DNA from: a bacterium
Lineage (GTDB): Bacteria > SAR324 > NAC60-12
Length of the DNA: 34,377 nucleotides
Direction of reading: 5' to 3'
Assembly: GCA_965233585.1 (NCBI GenBank)
Contig: CBDDTI010000657.1
Span: forward strand, 1-34,377
The notes under the pieces were generated by a model, which was not told the origin of the DNA, made no database searches, and saw only the letters and a list, made by a program, of their open reading frames with translations. The position numbers and the translations under genes were made by a program. Of the stretch, positions 31,961 through 34,377 are shown piece by piece (the stretch's first letter is position 1; every line of letters begins with the position of its first letter).

Positions 31961-32362
31961 TGATCAGAGAATCTGCTCCCAATTTCGGAGTAAGTGCTCG
32001 GAAACAAGGCAAAGTAAATGCATGAATTCTGGTGTTTGTTAAGGAGTTTGGTATCGTCTGCGAAACTGGGGTGGCGCGCGATCACCATTCCACAAAAATA
32101 TCGTGCAAAACCGGAACGTCCCTCAACGAACTCACTGAAGTCAAAGTCTCTTTGACCTTGGACACGGACGCGTCATGGTCAAGAGAAGCGCTCTTTAAGT
32201 GCTTGGACGCTATGCAATTCCACACAAGAAATATGGCACAATCAAGAAAGCAAGATTGACATGACAAAGCTGGACATCTGCAAAGCAACAAAGACCTTTT
32301 AAGCGGGGCAATTTGAGGTCTCTCCAACTATACAAATACACGCATGGTGAAACAGAGCATCC

Positions 32363-33619
32363 TCACCTTTTCGGAACAGGTGAGCAAATCATGCCCTTGA
32401 TCTGGCTGGCTAAAGCCTCTGCAACTGGTTTGTCAGCACCAACACTCTCTAGCCTCTCCAGCCACAGCTCCTCGGAGGCGTCCAAGATCTGTTGCTGGTT
32501 GGGATCCTTCCATGTCCCTTTGGCAAAGCCCATTTGAAGCTTGATCTGCTCTTCGGTGTAGACCTTCTTGCCATCCTTCTCCCTTGCGCGGAGAGCCTGC
32601 TCAAGAAACTCTTCCATCCTCTCTTTCATTAGCTCTACGTCCATCTCTGCACATGACCTGTCATACTTCACGGGGTAGGGCAGGTGGAAGTCCAGCTCCC
32701 ACCGATGGAAGGTTGCCCTGATAAAGTCCTCCACCTGCTCTTCGGTCAGTTCCTGGCTTGCCATCTTGTCCTCCACGAGCTTGTACATGCCAATGTTGCA
32801 ACTACACTTCTGGAACAACTCCTTGTCCAAGCCTATCAGGCCTATCACACCTTGCCCAGACACCTGCTCCATGATGACCCTGTCAAAGCGAGTGCCTTGG
32901 TTCAAATTGAGCAAGGTCTGAGAGCCAGCGTCCGAGTTGCAAACGAAGATCACCCGGGTAAGGTTGTCTCGGGTGTGCTGGTTGGTCAGTGTGTTTGCCC
33001 AGTCGAGGGCTTGCACTGGGAAGCGTTTCAGGAGCTCTTCAAACTGATCCACCACCACGATGGCAGGCTTGGGGGCGATGGGTAGTCCAACACGCTCCAA
33101 GACCGACCGAAACACTTGCGATTCGCTATACTGAACCAGATTGAAGGCAATCTCGCAGCCTCTGGTTGTTGTAGCGCCGAACATTTCCGTGGTCAACCAC
33201 TTTTCGAAGGTTTCCACGCCCTTGCCCTGTGCGCCATTGAGGTAAAGGCCACGATAAGCGAAGGGACCAAATCGGCGCCACCATGGGATGCACTCGCGGA
33301 GCAGGGTGGTCTTCCCTTCTTGGTCTCTGCCTTGCAGGATCAGGGCTCGGCGTGGATGGATGAGCTGGTAGGGATTGAGGTCGAATTTCACCACAGGTCG
33401 TGCAAGGTGGGCGCTGGTTCGCAACAAGCGCTGGTGCAAGTTTCCAACTGGACGTGCGGCAGGATACAACCTGCTCTTGACCAGTGTTGCCGCACCGCCG
33501 GCACCAGCCATTGCAATTCCTGCCATGAGCACATTCAATCCGAAGGACGCATCTTCCCGAAGTTCTCTCCACTTCATCCTCCAGCTCGTTGCCAAATCAC
33601 CATTGCTTTGGACAGCCAT
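32363..33619 (-). CDS. Intronless P-loop NTPase (STAND/AAA-like), 418 aa, with N-terminal hydrophobic segment
   Basis: Walker A ILQGRDQEGKTT and Walker B IVVVDQFEEL. GC-rich codon usage. A pyrimidine tract and AG lie just upstream of gccATG. Confidence 0.8.
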   Translation of the reverse strand: MAVQSNGDLATSWRMKWRELREDASFGLNVLMAGIAMAGAGGAATLVKSRLYPAARPVGNLHQRLLRTSAHLARPVVKFDLNPYQLIHPRRALILQGRDQEGKTTLLRECIPWWRRFGPFAYRGLYLNGAQGKGVETFEKWLTTEMFGATTTRGCEIAFNLVQYSESQVFRSVLERVGLPIAPKPAIVVVDQFEELLKRFPVQALDWANTLTNQHTRDNLTRVIFVCNSDAGSQTLLNLNQGTRFDRVIMEQVSGQGVIGLIGLDKELFQKCSCNIGMYKLVEDKMASQELTEEQVEDFIRATFHRWELDFHLPYPVKYDRSCAEMDVELMKERMEEFLEQALRAREKDGKKVYTEEQIKLQMGFAKGTWKDPNQQQILDASEELWLERLESVGADKPVAEALASQIKGMICSPVPKR

Positions 33620-33849
33620 GGCTCGACTGTACTCAGAAAAAAATATCTTGAAATTCTAGTTTGAACAAAACACGTGAGAAAAACACATCTTGGGATTGCC
33701 GGGGCGTGTCTGCAAATGGTGAGTTTGCACCGGAAAAAAAAATGCACCCAAACCCCTCTGCCAACCTGGGCAACCGGACAATGAAATGATGAAGGTGTTG
33801 AAGGCAGGGAAGCAAACGAGGCCGTGGCGGTATGCAAGCCAAATCCAAA

Positions 33850-34105
33850 ACAAAAACACAGCAAACCTAAGCAAATCTTAACCTCATCCAAACCAAACAT
33901 TAATCAAACAACTCCGACAAAACATTTAGCAAAATTATCAAAAAGAAACAGTCAAACATTTAGATTTACAACATTGAACAAAAACATAACAGCCTCCCAC
34001 CTGAACCTTGAACCCTCACTCCCCAGAATCCCCCTTCTACCATTTTTTTTTGGGAAAAACAAACTGGAAAAGCAGTTCTGGTGGTTTCTTCTTCGCCAGT
34101 TACGG
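33850..34105 (-). repeat. Dispersed repeat, inverted homolog of 12361-12560
   Basis: Core 34020-34048 matches 12388-12416 at 27/29 in inverted orientation. Confidence 0.7.
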
Positions 34106-34377
34106 ATGGCTACGTCGATGTCAAGTCCCCGTTCAAACTGCGAAAGTGACACACAGCAATAGACCACATGCAGTGGTCTTGTACAAGCTGGGGCGCTAAG
34201 ATGTTAAATGTTTATAATTTATAAACCCCATTAACTATACTACTGTAATTATACGCGCTGACACCATCGTTTGCCCAAGAATTTACAAACCATTCATGTA
34301 CCTTAATAGCCATATCTTTGACAGATACATATTATTCCCATTTAGGAATTAACTGTATGGTTATAAGCTTACCATCT

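Noticed and set aside
32684..33664. Plus-strand ORFs overlapping the NTPase
   Set aside because: Antisense shadows of a GC-rich coding sequence, with no motifs.

Overview
Eukaryotic genomic DNA, most likely a dinoflagellate (Symbiodiniaceae-like). Evidence: tiny exons with GC/GA/GT donors and AG|G acceptors, and TTTAGGG-derived repeats. Left flank (1-12.4 kb): a 13-exon ubiquitin-nickel superoxide dismutase fusion gene (508-4455, minus), a second uncharacterised multi-exon gene, small MITEs and a 2.5-kb satellite-laden insertion. Centre (~12.58-31.96 kb): an AT-rich, intronless endogenous Polinton-like virus/Maverick-type element. It encodes an rve integrase, A32-type packaging ATPase, C5 cytosine methyltransferase, minor and major capsid proteins, a lipase, a tail-fibre-like protein with an S74 chaperone domain, a protein-primed PolB and small ORFs. 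Several genes are broken by short duplications or homopolymer slips, and PolB by a 311-bp MITE with an 8-bp TSD. Three signals suggest the element relies on a giant-virus helper: TCTA 12-20 nt upstream of ten start codons (CroV/mavirus-type late promoter), AT-rich hairpins at gene ends, and no GATC or AGCT found by eye across ~19 kb. Right flank: an intronless GC-rich P-loop NTPase gene and a diverged inverted copy of the repeat at the left junction. All calls come from manual reading; no database searches or k-mer counts were run.
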